DNA of 64,000 bases from an uncultured Dysosmobacter sp. (GCA_963560095.1 CAUWNE010000003.1:4828-68827), one strand, 5' to 3'. Positions 9,248 to 18,103 are shown, numbered from the stretch's first letter. Made by a program: numbers and translations. Notes: generated from the sequence alone by a model not told the origin.

Positions 9248-9690
9248 CCACCCCCCGTTCTCTTTTTGACGCGTCAAAAAGAGAACGGGCGGTGGAGCCG
9301 TCCAAGAGAAAAAACGCTTAGCGCCGAACTTGCGCAGAGCGCAAGTTGGCTTAAGTACGGGGGCTGTTCTAGCGGACTGCCACCAATTCTGCACCCACCT
9401 ACTGGCGCGCGCCGTTCTCGTCCTTTGAATCAGTTTTCCCCGCGTGCACACTCTGGTAGTTGTCGCTGGTGGTTGAAGAAAGGCCTGTCCCTCAAGCCCC
9501 GCTGACGCTACCTTGGAGCGTAAGCGGAAAGCAGCGCAGGGGGTATCCCAAACTTCCCACCCCCGCGCAATCCACGCCGCGGGCAGAGACTTTCCTGGAA
9601 TCAGACACGCTCTCTCACCGCGAAAGCGTTTTTTCTCTTGGACCGTGCACGGCCCGTTCTCTTTTTGGGGCGCCAAAAAGAGAATGGGGG
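9248..9690. mobile_element. MITE-like non-coding element with ~70-bp hairpin-containing terminal inverted repeats
   Basis: The 20-mer GTCCAAGAGAAAAAACGCTT (9300-9319) has its exact reverse complement at 9624-9643. Each copy is flanked outward by a copy of the hairpin CCCGTTCTCTTTTTG..CAAAAAGAGAA(C/T)GGG. No credible ORF inside. Confidence 0.5.
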
Positions 9691-9698
9691 GTGCATAT

Positions 9699-9875
9699 CC
9701 CCCGCGCCTTTGAGGCGCGATCCCCCGTCCCGCGCCCGTGGCGCGAAAAAACGTCCCCGCGCCGCATCGGCGCGAAAAACCCCTGCGCCGCGTCGGCGCG
9801 AAAACCCCTGCGCCGCATCGGCGCAAAAAGAGCCCGCGCCGCTCTCGGCGCAAACACCCCGCCCATAGGGCGGAC
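9699..9875. repeat. Tandem array of ~7 GC-rich mini-hairpins with ~24-25 bp period (REP-like)
   Basis: Units such as CCCCGCGCCGCATCGGCGCGAAAAA, CCCCTGCGCCGCGTCGGCGCGAAAA and CCCCTGCGCCGCATCGGCGCAAAAAG. Each is a 5-6 bp GC stem followed by an A-run. Confidence 0.6.
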
Positions 9876-9912
9876 TCCAACCATGTCTTTGTAAGACAGA
9901 TCGAGGATATCT

Positions 9913-11220
9913 ATGAATGTAACAGTCATCGGCGCCGGCCTGGCCGGCAGTGAATGCGCCTGGCAGCTGGCCCAGCGCGGCATTTCCGTCACGCTCCGGG
10001 AGATGAAGCCGGAGAAAAAGACCCCCGCCCATGAGACAGACCTCTTCGCGGAGCTGTGCTGTTCCAACTCCCTGCGCTCCAACCAGCTGGAAAATGCCGT
10101 GGGACTGCTCAAAGAGGAGCTGCGCCGCCTGGGGAGCCTGATCCTCGCCTGCGCCGACGCTACCGCGGTGGAGGCCGGCGGGGCCCTGGCGGTGGACCGC
10201 CACGGCTTCGCAGCTCAGGTGACAGAGCGGATCAGGAGCCATCCCGGGATCACCGTGGTCCCAGGGGAGGTCACAGAGATCCCCGAGGGGGAGGTGGTGA
10301 TCGCCTCCGGACCTCTGACCTCCGACGCGCTGGCGCAGCGCCTTCAGGCGCTGCTGGGGGCCGGCACGGACCTGCACTTCTTCGACGCGGCGGCGCCTCT
10401 GGTGGCGGCGGACAGCGTGGATATGGACAAGGCCTGGCTGGGCTCCCGCTACGATAAGGGCGGCTCGGACTATGTCAACTGCCCCATGAATGAAGAGGAG
10501 TACCAGGCCTTCTGGGAGGCCCTTACCACCGCCCAGGAGGCAGACGTCCACGGCTTTGAGGACAGTCAGGTATTCGAGGGCTGTATGCCGGTGGAGGTCA
10601 TGGCCCGCCGGGGGCATGACACGCTTCGCTACGGCCCCCTGAAGGCCCGGGGCCTGGACGATCCCAGGACCGGCCGCTGGCCCTATGCCGTGGTGCAGCT
10701 GCGCCGGGACAACGCCGAGGGCTCGGTCTATAACCTGGTGGGCTTCCAGACCCACCTGAAATTCCCGGAGCAAAAGCGGGTGTTCTCCATGATCCCCGCT
10801 CTCCACGACGCGGAGTTCCTCCGCTACGGCGTCATGCACCGCAACACCTTCCTGGACTCCCCCCGGCTGCTGGACCGGTATTACCGGCTCAAGAGCCAGC
10901 CCCGGATCTCCTTTGCCGGCCAGATGACCGGCGTGGAGGGGTATGTGGAGTCCGCTGCCAGCGGCTTTTTGGTGGGCGTGGAGACCGCCCGCCGCCTGCT
11001 GGGCCTGCCGCCGGTGGACTTTCCCCAGGAGACGGCCATCGGCGCCCTGGGCCTGTATGTGTCCAATCAGTCGGTGACGGTGTTCCAGCCCATGAATATC
11101 AACTTCGGCATCATTCCGCCCCTGGATCACCGGGTCAAAGGCAAGCGGAACAAGAACGCCGAGCTCTCAGCCCGGTCCCTGGCCATCATTGACCAGATCA
11201 AAGAGGAGGTCCTTCTATGA
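9913..11220 (+). CDS. trmFO: Methylenetetrahydrofolate-dependent tRNA (uracil54-C5)-methyltransferase TrmFO
   Basis: N-terminal FAD fold VIGAGLAGSECAWQLA, 435 aa, conserved topA-trmFO neighbourhood. Confidence 0.95.
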   Translation: MNVTVIGAGLAGSECAWQLAQRGISVTLREMKPEKKTPAHETDLFAELCCSNSLRSNQLENAVGLLKEELRRLGSLILACADATAVEAGGALAVDRHGFAAQVTERIRSHPGITVVPGEVTEIPEGEVVIASGPLTSDALAQRLQALLGAGTDLHFFDAAAPLVAADSVDMDKAWLGSRYDKGGSDYVNCPMNEEEYQAFWEALTTAQEADVHGFEDSQVFEGCMPVEVMARRGHDTLRYGPLKARGLDDPRTGRWPYAVVQLRRDNAEGSVYNLVGFQTHLKFPEQKRVFSMIPALHDAEFLRYGVMHRNTFLDSPRLLDRYYRLKSQPRISFAGQMTGVEGYVESAASGFLVGVETARRLLGLPPVDFPQETAIGALGLYVSNQSVTVFQPMNINFGIIPPLDHRVKGKRNKNAELSARSLAIIDQIKEEVLL

Positions 11221-12251
11221 AGATTATTGTAGACGCCATGGGCGGCGACAACGCCCCTGCCGCCATCGTACAGGGTGCGCTGGAGGCCAGCCGGCTCCAC
11301 GGGGTGGAGATCATCCTGGTGGGCCGGGCGGCGGAGATCCTGCGGGCCGTGGAGGCCTGCGGCGAAAAGACGCTGCCATCCGGCGTGGAGATCCGGGACG
11401 CCTCGGAGGTGGTGGAGATCGAGGACGATCCCGCTACGGCCTTCAAGCGGAAAAAGGACTCCTCTTTGACGGTGGGCCTGACCCTTTTGAAGGAGGGCGC
11501 GGGAGATGCCTTCGTCTCCGCCGGCTCCACGGGGGCCCTGCTGGCCGGGGCCACGCTGGTGGTCAAGCGGATCCGGGGCATCCGGCGGGCCGCCATGGGC
11601 CCGGTGCTGCCCACGGCCACGGGAAAGATGCTGCTGTGCGACTGCGGGGCCAACGCCGAGTGCACGCCGGAGTACCTGCTCCAGTTCGCATACTTAGGCA
11701 GCTATTACGCCAAGCGGGTGCTGGGGATCGAGACGCCCCGGGTGGCGCTTTTGAACATCGGCGCTGAGGCGTCCAAGGGCGATGCCCTGCGCCATGAGGC
11801 CTACACGGTCCTGAAAGAGGCGGGCGACGCGGGGCGCATCCACTTTGTGGGGAACCTGGAGGCGAGCGAGGCCATGATGGGCGGGGCCGATGTGGTGGTG
11901 GCCGACGGATTCTCCGGCAATATCATGCTCAAGAGCCTGGAGGGCACCGCCAAGTTCCTGATGAAGGAGCTGAAGAAAATGTTCCTCTCCAGCACCAAGA
12001 CCAAGCTGGCGGCGGGGCTGGTGAAGGGAGATCTGGCGGAAGTGAAAAAGCTGCTGGACCCCAGCGAGGTGGGCGGCACGCCCTTCCTGGGCATCTCCCG
12101 GCCGGTGATCAAGGCCCACGGCTCCTCGGACGCCAAGGCCATCTGCAACGCGGTCCTGCGGGCCAAGGAATACGCCGAGAGCGGCTTTATCGCCGACGTG
12201 GAACGGGACGTGGCGCTGATGAAAGTGGAGCGGACCGCAGAAAATGTGTAA
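11217..12251 (+). CDS. plsX: Phosphate acyltransferase PlsX
   Basis: IVDAMGGDNAP start, 344 aa, plsX-acpP-rnc synteny. Confidence 0.95.
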   Translation: MKIIVDAMGGDNAPAAIVQGALEASRLHGVEIILVGRAAEILRAVEACGEKTLPSGVEIRDASEVVEIEDDPATAFKRKKDSSLTVGLTLLKEGAGDAFVSAGSTGALLAGATLVVKRIRGIRRAAMGPVLPTATGKMLLCDCGANAECTPEYLLQFAYLGSYYAKRVLGIETPRVALLNIGAEASKGDALRHEAYTVLKEAGDAGRIHFVGNLEASEAMMGGADVVVADGFSGNIMLKSLEGTAKFLMKELKKMFLSSTKTKLAAGLVKGDLAEVKKLLDPSEVGGTPFLGISRPVIKAHGSSDAKAICNAVLRAKEYAESGFIADVERDVALMKVERTAENV

Positions 12252-12258
12252 TTGCCCC

Positions 12259-12288
12259 TTGACAGTGACCGGACACTTGCCGTATGAT
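12259..12288 (+). promoter_or_regulatory. Promoter of acpP
   Basis: TTGACA (12259-12264), 18-bp spacer, TATGAT (12283-12288). Confidence 0.55.
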
Positions 12289-12333
12289 GCCAAGTGATAG
12301 AGATTCCGATAATTCCCGGAGGAGTGAAACGAG

Positions 12334-12579
12334 ATGTCAGTGGAAGAGATTTTTCAAACGTTGAGCGAGTTGGTGGCGGAGCAGTTCGCCAAGGACCCTG
12401 ATGAGGTGACCATGGAGACCTCCTTTGAGGAGGATCTGGGCGCCGATTCTGTGGACCTGGTGGAGCTGGTCATGGCCATGGAGGAGGAATTCGAGGTGGG
12501 CGAGACCCAGGAAGAGGATCTGGCCGGCCTGAAGACCGTGGGCGACGCGGTGAATTACGTCGCTTCCAAGCTGAAATAA
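12334..12579 (+). CDS. acpP: Acyl carrier protein
   Basis: 81 aa, acidic, phosphopantetheine-attachment motif LGADSVDLVEL. Confidence 0.95.
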   Translation: MSVEEIFQTLSELVAEQFAKDPDEVTMETSFEEDLGADSVDLVELVMAMEEEFEVGETQEEDLAGLKTVGDAVNYVASKLK

Positions 12580-12631
12580 CGAAGGAGCCGCCCCGCCCAA
12601 GCGCGGGGCTTCCTTATAGGGAGGACGTCCC

Positions 12632-13315
12632 ATGCGGGAACTGGAGAAAAAACTGGATTATACCTTTCACGACGCGGCCCTGCTGGAGGAGGCGCTCAAC
12701 CACAGCTCCTATGCCAACGAGCACCGGGCGGCCCATCTGCGCAGCAATGAGCGGCTGGAGTTTTTGGGGGACTCGGTGCTGGGCTTTGTAACGGCGGAGT
12801 TTCTGTTCACCCGCCACCCCGACGCACCGGAGGGGGACCTGACCCGGATCCGGGCGGCCCTGGTGTGCGAGCAGAGCCTGTATGAGGTGGCCCAGCGGCT
12901 GAGTCTGGGCCAGTATTTGAAGCTGGGCCGGGGCGAAGAGGCCGGCGGTGGCCGGGAGCGGACCTCCATTCTGGCCGACGCTGTGGAGGCGGTCTTCGCG
13001 GCGGTGTACTTAGACGGCGGCATCGGCGCCGCCTCCGCCCTGATCCATCGGGTGCTGCTGGACGCCCAGCGGGAGAGCGTGGTAGAGGAGCGGCGGCGGG
13101 ACTACAAGACCGCCCTTCAGGAGCTGGTGCAGCGTCAGGCGGATCAGGTGCTCTCCTATCGGATGGTGGATGAGCAGGGCCCGGATCACGCCAAGACCTT
13201 CCAGGCGGAGGTGCTGCTCAACGGCCAGGCCCTGGGGACCGGAGACGGCCACAGCAAAAAGGAGGCCGAGCAGGCCGCCGCCAAGGCCGCTCTAGCGGCT
13301 CTGGGCGCGGAGTGA
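12632..13315 (+). CDS. rnc: Ribonuclease III
   Basis: Signature ERLEFLGDSVL plus a C-terminal dsRBD (GPDHAKTF...GHSKKEAEQAAA). Confidence 0.95.
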   Translation: MRELEKKLDYTFHDAALLEEALNHSSYANEHRAAHLRSNERLEFLGDSVLGFVTAEFLFTRHPDAPEGDLTRIRAALVCEQSLYEVAQRLSLGQYLKLGRGEEAGGGRERTSILADAVEAVFAAVYLDGGIGAASALIHRVLLDAQRESVVEERRRDYKTALQELVQRQADQVLSYRMVDEQGPDHAKTFQAEVLLNGQALGTGDGHSKKEAEQAAAKAALAALGAE

Positions 13316-13528
13316 GCCTGCTTCTAAAAGGCGAGGCCCCTTACGTCCTCCGCCTTGGCATATACGCGACTGACGCCGCTTTTTTGACAGTCTCAGCCGG
13401 AGGCCTGCATGGGCCTCCGGCTGTTTGCCGCTTCGGAAATATGACTGGAATTTATCCCGCAGCCGTGCTATACTAAGAAACTGACATAGGCCCGGAGCGC
13501 AGGGCCGGAAAAAAGAGGAGCGTGAACC

Positions 13529-14359
13529 ATGTCCATACTGTCATCGATTCTGCTGGGACTGATCCAGGGCGTTACTGAGTTTCTGCCGGTCTCCAGCTCC
13601 GGCCATCTGGCCATTGCCGAGCATCTGCTGGGGATGAAAGGCCTGGAGGTCCCGAATTTTTTTGATGTGCTGCTGCACCTGGGTACTCTGGTGGCGGTCT
13701 TTGCGGCCTATTGGGACGATATCCGGGATATGATCCTGGAGCTGGTCTATGGGGTGAAGGATCTTGCCCGAGGGACCACCCCCACGCCGGTGCCCCCTGC
13801 CCGGCGGCTGATCCTGCTGATCATTGTGGGCACGCTGCCCCTGTTTGCCGTGCTGCCCATTGAAGACTTGGTGGAGAGCCTGGGGAATAATATGTACTTT
13901 GTGGGCGGGGCGCTGGTGGTCACCGGCTGCCTGCTCTTTGCCAGCGACCGCGTCCGCAAGGGCCGCAAGACGGAGAAGACTGCCAGCTTGGTGGATGTTC
14001 TGCTGGTGGGCGTGGCCCAGGCTGTGGCCACCTGCCCCGGCATCTCCCGCTCCGGCACCACCATCACCGCCGGCTGCTTTGTGGGCTTTGAGCGCAAGTT
14101 CGCCGTCCGCTACTCCTTCCTGATGTCCATCCCTGCCATCCTGGGGGCCAACATCCTCAAGATCAAGGACGCCCTGGACACCGTGGTATGGGCCGAAGTG
14201 CCGGTCTATCTGGTGGGCGTGGCCGTGGCGGCGGTGGTGGGCTATGGCTGCATCCGCCTGCTGAAAATGATCGCCGAAAAGGGAAAATTCGGCTTCTTTG
14301 CCTACTATTGCTGGGCCGCCGGTCTGGTGACGCTGATCTTGACCCTGGTCCAAAAATGA
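13529..14359 (+). CDS. uppP: Undecaprenyl-diphosphate phosphatase
   Basis: QGVTEFLPVSSSGHL and PGISRSGTTI motifs; polytopic membrane protein. Confidence 0.95.
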   Translation: MSILSSILLGLIQGVTEFLPVSSSGHLAIAEHLLGMKGLEVPNFFDVLLHLGTLVAVFAAYWDDIRDMILELVYGVKDLARGTTPTPVPPARRLILLIIVGTLPLFAVLPIEDLVESLGNNMYFVGGALVVTGCLLFASDRVRKGRKTEKTASLVDVLLVGVAQAVATCPGISRSGTTITAGCFVGFERKFAVRYSFLMSIPAILGANILKIKDALDTVVWAEVPVYLVGVAVAAVVGYGCIRLLKMIAEKGKFGFFAYYCWAAGLVTLILTLVQK

Positions 14360-14376
14360 ATCGGAGGGATTGACCC

Positions 14377-16920
14377 GTGGCAGCATCCACACAGAAGAAG
14401 ACAACCAAAAAGAACACCGGCACGTCCAGCCGGAGCAAAAAGCCCGCCCAGCCTCAGCAGCGGCCCATCCGCCGGGAGGTGACGGGCGGCATCCTGCTGG
14501 TGCTGGCCCTGTGCGTCTGCGTGGGGTACTTCGGTACCAGCGGCCTGTTTATCGACTGGCTGGCGGTGCTGCTCCGGGGTCTCTTTGGCTATGGCTACTG
14601 GCTGACGGCGCCGGTCATCCTCCTGGCAGGCTTGACGCTGCTGATCCACCGGGGCCGCCCGGTGATGCTGCGGACCACCTGCGCCCTGCTGACGCCCTGG
14701 CTGACGGGAGCGATGCTCCATGTGCTGCTTTGCAAGGAGACGTTCGCCTCTGCCCTGGGGGTGGTGCCGGCGCTGTGGAAGAGCGGAAATGGCCTGCTCT
14801 CCGGCGGCGTGCTCTCCGGTGGGCTGGGGATCGGCGTGGAGGCGGTGTTTGGCAAGGTGGTCTCCGTGGTGCTGCTGGCGTTGACCCTGGCGGCGCTGCT
14901 GGCGGCGGCGCTGTGGCCGCTTTTGTGCCTGCTGGCCCGCCGCCATCGGGAGCGGCCCCAGTACGAGGAGCTGCCGGCGGAGGAGCCCGTCCGCAGGGAG
15001 CGGGAGCCCCGGCGGCGGGAGGAAGCGGTCCGGCCGGCACCTAAGCCTCAGATCGACTTCCCGCTGGATGGGCAGCAGGAGCCCCCCAAGGAAAAGCCGG
15101 AGGGCCGCTTTACCAGCTTCTTCCGGCATAAATCCGACCAGCAGCGGACGCCGGACCAGGTCCTGCGGACGCCGGCCATCCCAGCGATTCCAGCGGAGGA
15201 GACGGCTCCGGTCCTGGAGGCTGCTCCGGCGGCTGTCGCGCCGGCTCACCAGCCGGTGGAGCCGTCTATCCAGGCGCCTGCCCCCGCGCCGGCGCCCATT
15301 GTGGAGGAGCCTGCGCCCCGCAAGGAGCGGACCACTACCGCCGGAGAGGTGGCGGCCCAGACGGCCGCCGTCACGGCAGAGATCGCCGAGAAGCTGGCGG
15401 TGGGGGAGGAGGTCTATCAATTCCCCTCTGTCACACTGCTCAAGGCCAGCCAGGGAGAGAACCATGTGGAGGCCGGCGCGGAGCTGCGGAACAATGCCCG
15501 GCGGCTGTCGGAGACGCTGAGCAGCTTTGGCGTGGACGCCTCCCCCGGCGATGTGGTCCACGGCCCCTCAGTCACCCGGTATGAGTTCGTGCTGGAGCAG
15601 GGCGTCAAGCTCAGCAAGATCACCAATCTCTCTGACGACATCGCCCTGGCCCTGGGCGCTACCGGCGTCCGGATCGCTCCCATTCCGGACAAGATCTCTG
15701 TGGTGGGCATCGAGGTACCCAACAAGACCGTGACGCCGGTGCTGATCCGGGACGTGATCGAGTCCCGGGACTTTACAGAGCACAAGTCCAAGACCGCCTT
15801 TGCCCTGGGCCGGGACATCGGCGGACGAAACGTCATCGGAGATATCGAGCGGCTGCCCCATGTGCTGATCGCCGGTACCACCGGCTCCGGTAAGTCCGTG
15901 TGCACCAACTCCTTGATCGTCTCTCTGCTCTATAAGTCCACGCCGGATGAGGTCCGCTTCATCATGGTGGACCCCAAGATGGTGGAGCTGGCCCCCTACA
16001 ACGGCATCCCCCACCTGCTGATCCCGGTGGTGACGGACCCGAAGAAGGCCGCCGGCGCTCTCCAGTGGGCGGTATTTGAGATGATGAAGCGGTATAAGAC
16101 CTTCTCGGAGCACGGCGTCAAAAAGCTGGAGGAGTTTAACCGCCTGGCCCGGGCCCGGGAGGATCTGGAGACACTGCCTAGCGTGGTGGTGGTCATCGAC
16201 GAGCTGGCCGACTTGATGCTGGTGGCCGCCAAGGAGGTGGAGGAATCCATCTGCCGGGTGGCCCAGATGGGCCGTGCCGCCGGCGTCCACCTGGTCATCG
16301 CCACCCAGCGGCCCTCTGCCGACGTGATCACCGGCCTGATGAAGGCCAACATCCCCAGCCGGATCGCCTTTGCCGTGGCCTCCTCTCTGGAGTCCCGGAT
16401 CATTCTGGACACCACCGGCGCGGAAAAGCTGGTGGGCAAGGGCGATATGCTCTACGCCCCCCTGGGCGCGGGCAAGCCCCAGCGGGTCCAGGGCTGCTTC
16501 ATCTCCCCGGAGGAGATCGAGGAGGTGGTTCAGTTCGTCAAGCAGTCCGGCGAGGCCCAGTATTCCGACGAGGTCATCGCCAAGATCGAGGAGTCCGTTC
16601 AGGAGAAGGAGAAGGGCTCCAAGGGCGGGAGCGTGGACCTCTCCGCCCAGGACGAGGGAGACGAGCTGTTCCCCGCCGCCGTAGAGGTGGTGCTGGAGAC
16701 CGGCATGGCCTCGGTCTCCATGCTCCAGCGGCGGCTGAAGCTGGGCTATTCCCGGGCTGCCCGTCTGGTGGACCAGATGGAGGAGCGAGGCGTGGTGGGA
16801 CCCTTTGAGGGCTCCAAGCCCCGGCAGCTGCTGATTACCCGGGCCCAGTGGCAGGAGATGCAGATGGGCGCCGCCGCCGAGCAGGCGGACGAGCCCCCCT
16901 TCCCCCTGGAAGAAGCGTAA
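14377..16920 (+). CDS. ftsK: DNA translocase FtsK/SpoIIIE
   Basis: N-terminal TM segments, Pro-rich linker, motor domain (GTTGSGKSV Walker A, VVVIDELADLM) and C-terminal gamma winged helix (SVSMLQRRLKLGYSRAARLVDQME). Confidence 0.95.
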   Translation: MAASTQKKTTKKNTGTSSRSKKPAQPQQRPIRREVTGGILLVLALCVCVGYFGTSGLFIDWLAVLLRGLFGYGYWLTAPVILLAGLTLLIHRGRPVMLRTTCALLTPWLTGAMLHVLLCKETFASALGVVPALWKSGNGLLSGGVLSGGLGIGVEAVFGKVVSVVLLALTLAALLAAALWPLLCLLARRHRERPQYEELPAEEPVRREREPRRREEAVRPAPKPQIDFPLDGQQEPPKEKPEGRFTSFFRHKSDQQRTPDQVLRTPAIPAIPAEETAPVLEAAPAAVAPAHQPVEPSIQAPAPAPAPIVEEPAPRKERTTTAGEVAAQTAAVTAEIAEKLAVGEEVYQFPSVTLLKASQGENHVEAGAELRNNARRLSETLSSFGVDASPGDVVHGPSVTRYEFVLEQGVKLSKITNLSDDIALALGATGVRIAPIPDKISVVGIEVPNKTVTPVLIRDVIESRDFTEHKSKTAFALGRDIGGRNVIGDIERLPHVLIAGTTGSGKSVCTNSLIVSLLYKSTPDEVRFIMVDPKMVELAPYNGIPHLLIPVVTDPKKAAGALQWAVFEMMKRYKTFSEHGVKKLEEFNRLARAREDLETLPSVVVVIDELADLMLVAAKEVEESICRVAQMGRAAGVHLVIATQRPSADVITGLMKANIPSRIAFAVASSLESRIILDTTGAEKLVGKGDMLYAPLGAGKPQRVQGCFISPEEIEEVVQFVKQSGEAQYSDEVIAKIEESVQEKEKGSKGGSVDLSAQDEGDELFPAAVEVVLETGMASVSMLQRRLKLGYSRAARLVDQMEERGVVGPFEGSKPRQLLITRAQWQEMQMGAAAEQADEPPFPLEEA

Positions 16921-16925
16921 GAGAA

Positions 16926-17280
16926 CGCCCCCAGGCTTTGTCCGAGAGACAAAGCCTGGGGGCGTCAACTGTCGAAAAAGTGACCTCAGTCACTTTTTCG
17001 ATAAGGCTGCACCCTGCTGCGCGCATAATTTTTCTACCTATGGCAGAAAAATTCTACACTTGCAGGGCGAGAAGTGTTTTCGGCTACGCCGCAGCGTTTC
17101 AAAAATATGCCTGCGGCATATTTTTAGTGTAGGCCGCAGCGGCTGTGCCGCGAGGATGGCACTGGGGGCCGCAGCCGAAAACAGATTTCACCCATTTCAC
17201 GCCTGCGGGCGCGAAACTCTGCGAGGCATTTTGACACAGTGTGCCCCCGGGCTTTGTCCGAGAGACAAAGCCTGGGGGCG
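16926..17280. repeat. Multi-hairpin intergenic element bracketed by two copies of a 39-nt hairpin
   Basis: CGCCCCCAGGCTTTGTC-cgaga-GACAAAGCCTGGGGGCG at 16926-16964 recurs at 17243-17280. The 278-bp interior holds at least 4 hairpins and is homologous to the reverse complement of 28511-28713. Confidence 0.7.
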
Positions 17281-17284
17281 TTGG

Positions 17285-17923
17285 TTATTCTGTGGACTGG
17301 GTGAAAAAGGCATCCAGCAGCGCGCCCAGGGCCTGGGGTGCGTCCCGGTTCACCTCGTGGCCGGCACCCTGGATCAGGTGGAGGGCGGAGGTGGGAAGGA
17401 GGCTATGGAGCTCCTGGGCGGCCCGGCGGTTGGCCCGGTCCCCGGCGCCGCAGACCACCAGCACGGGACAGCGGAGAGACGGGACCTGATGGCGGAAGTC
17501 CAGCTCTGCCATGGAGGCGGTGAGACGCCGGAACGCCGCCTTGGAAAAGCCCGTGCTGCCAAAGGCCCTCTGGGGCATCAGTCGGAACACCAGATCCTGG
17601 ACGGCCAGCAGACGGCGGGGCATGGTGATCTGAGGCGCGGCCAGCGCCAGAGCCCGGACGTGGTCCGGGTGGTCCAGGGCATAGTGGAGGGCCAAAACGG
17701 CCCCCAGGGACAATCCGCCTAAGTCCAGCGGGCCGGGGAGAGCTTCCAGCTGGGCTGAGAGGGCCTGGTAGAGGGCGGGATAGACAGCCTCCCGGCCCCG
17801 GAGCAGGGCGGGCAGATCGGGACAGCAGGCCCCCTTCCCGGGGCCCATGGCGGCCAGAACGCCATCCCAGTCGGCAGGGGTCTGGCCCAGACCGTGGAGC
17901 AGAACGAGACTCATAGCGGACAC
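17285..17923 (-). CDS. Alpha/beta-fold hydrolase
   Basis: LVLLHGLG oxyanion region and nucleophile elbow GLSLGA. 212 aa. The start is either GTG 17923 or ATG 17914. Confidence 0.8.
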   Translation of the reverse strand: MSAMSLVLLHGLGQTPADWDGVLAAMGPGKGACCPDLPALLRGREAVYPALYQALSAQLEALPGPLDLGGLSLGAVLALHYALDHPDHVRALALAAPQITMPRRLLAVQDLVFRLMPQRAFGSTGFSKAAFRRLTASMAELDFRHQVPSLRCPVLVVCGAGDRANRRAAQELHSLLPTSALHLIQGAGHEVNRDAPQALGALLDAFFTQSTE

Positions 17924-17926
17924 CTC

Positions 17927-18103
17927 TCAGTAACGCAGGATGAAATAGAGGACGTATCCCCAGCTCAGCAGGCCGTGGAAGATGGCCCAGCCCACCGAGT
18001 GCCAGGTGGTGTAGCTGATGACCATAGCCAGGGCACTGCCAAAGGAGACGCCGGATCTTACCGTTTTGCGGATGACGGCGGCGGTGGTGTTTGGCTCTGA
18101 CAT
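17927..18103 (-). CDS. Small hydrophobic protein, 58 aa (below the ORF-track cutoff)
   Basis: ATG preceded by GGAGGTCCCT. Product is MSEPNTTAAVIRKTVRSGVSFGSALAMVISYTTWHSVGWAIFHGLLSWGYVLYFILRY. The stop lies 3 nt before the hydrolase start. Confidence 0.5.
   Translation of the reverse strand: MSEPNTTAAVIRKTVRSGVSFGSALAMVISYTTWHSVGWAIFHGLLSWGYVLYFILRY

Noticed and set aside
9320-9623. The interior of the element after topA as a housekeeping RNA. SRP RNA was suggested by GCTTAAGTA and GCGGAAAGCAGCGCAGGG, which resembles GGAAGCAGC.
   Set aside because: The conserved SRP domain IV motif is not matched exactly. The segment is bounded by perfect 20-bp inverted repeats, which argues for a mobile or repeat element rather than a housekeeping RNA gene.
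9699-9875. CRISPR array, suggested by short palindromic repeats at a regular period.
   Set aside because: The units abut each other with no unique spacers. The period is only ~24-25 bp, repeat sequences vary, and no cas genes are nearby.
13376-13392. CGCTTTTTTGACAGTC in the rnc-uppP spacer resembles the CTTTTTTGACAG terminus of the multi-hairpin elements, suggesting a possible solo end or footprint.
   Set aside because: The match is only ~12 nt, with no adjacent homologous core or duplicated hairpin. That is too short to distinguish from chance.
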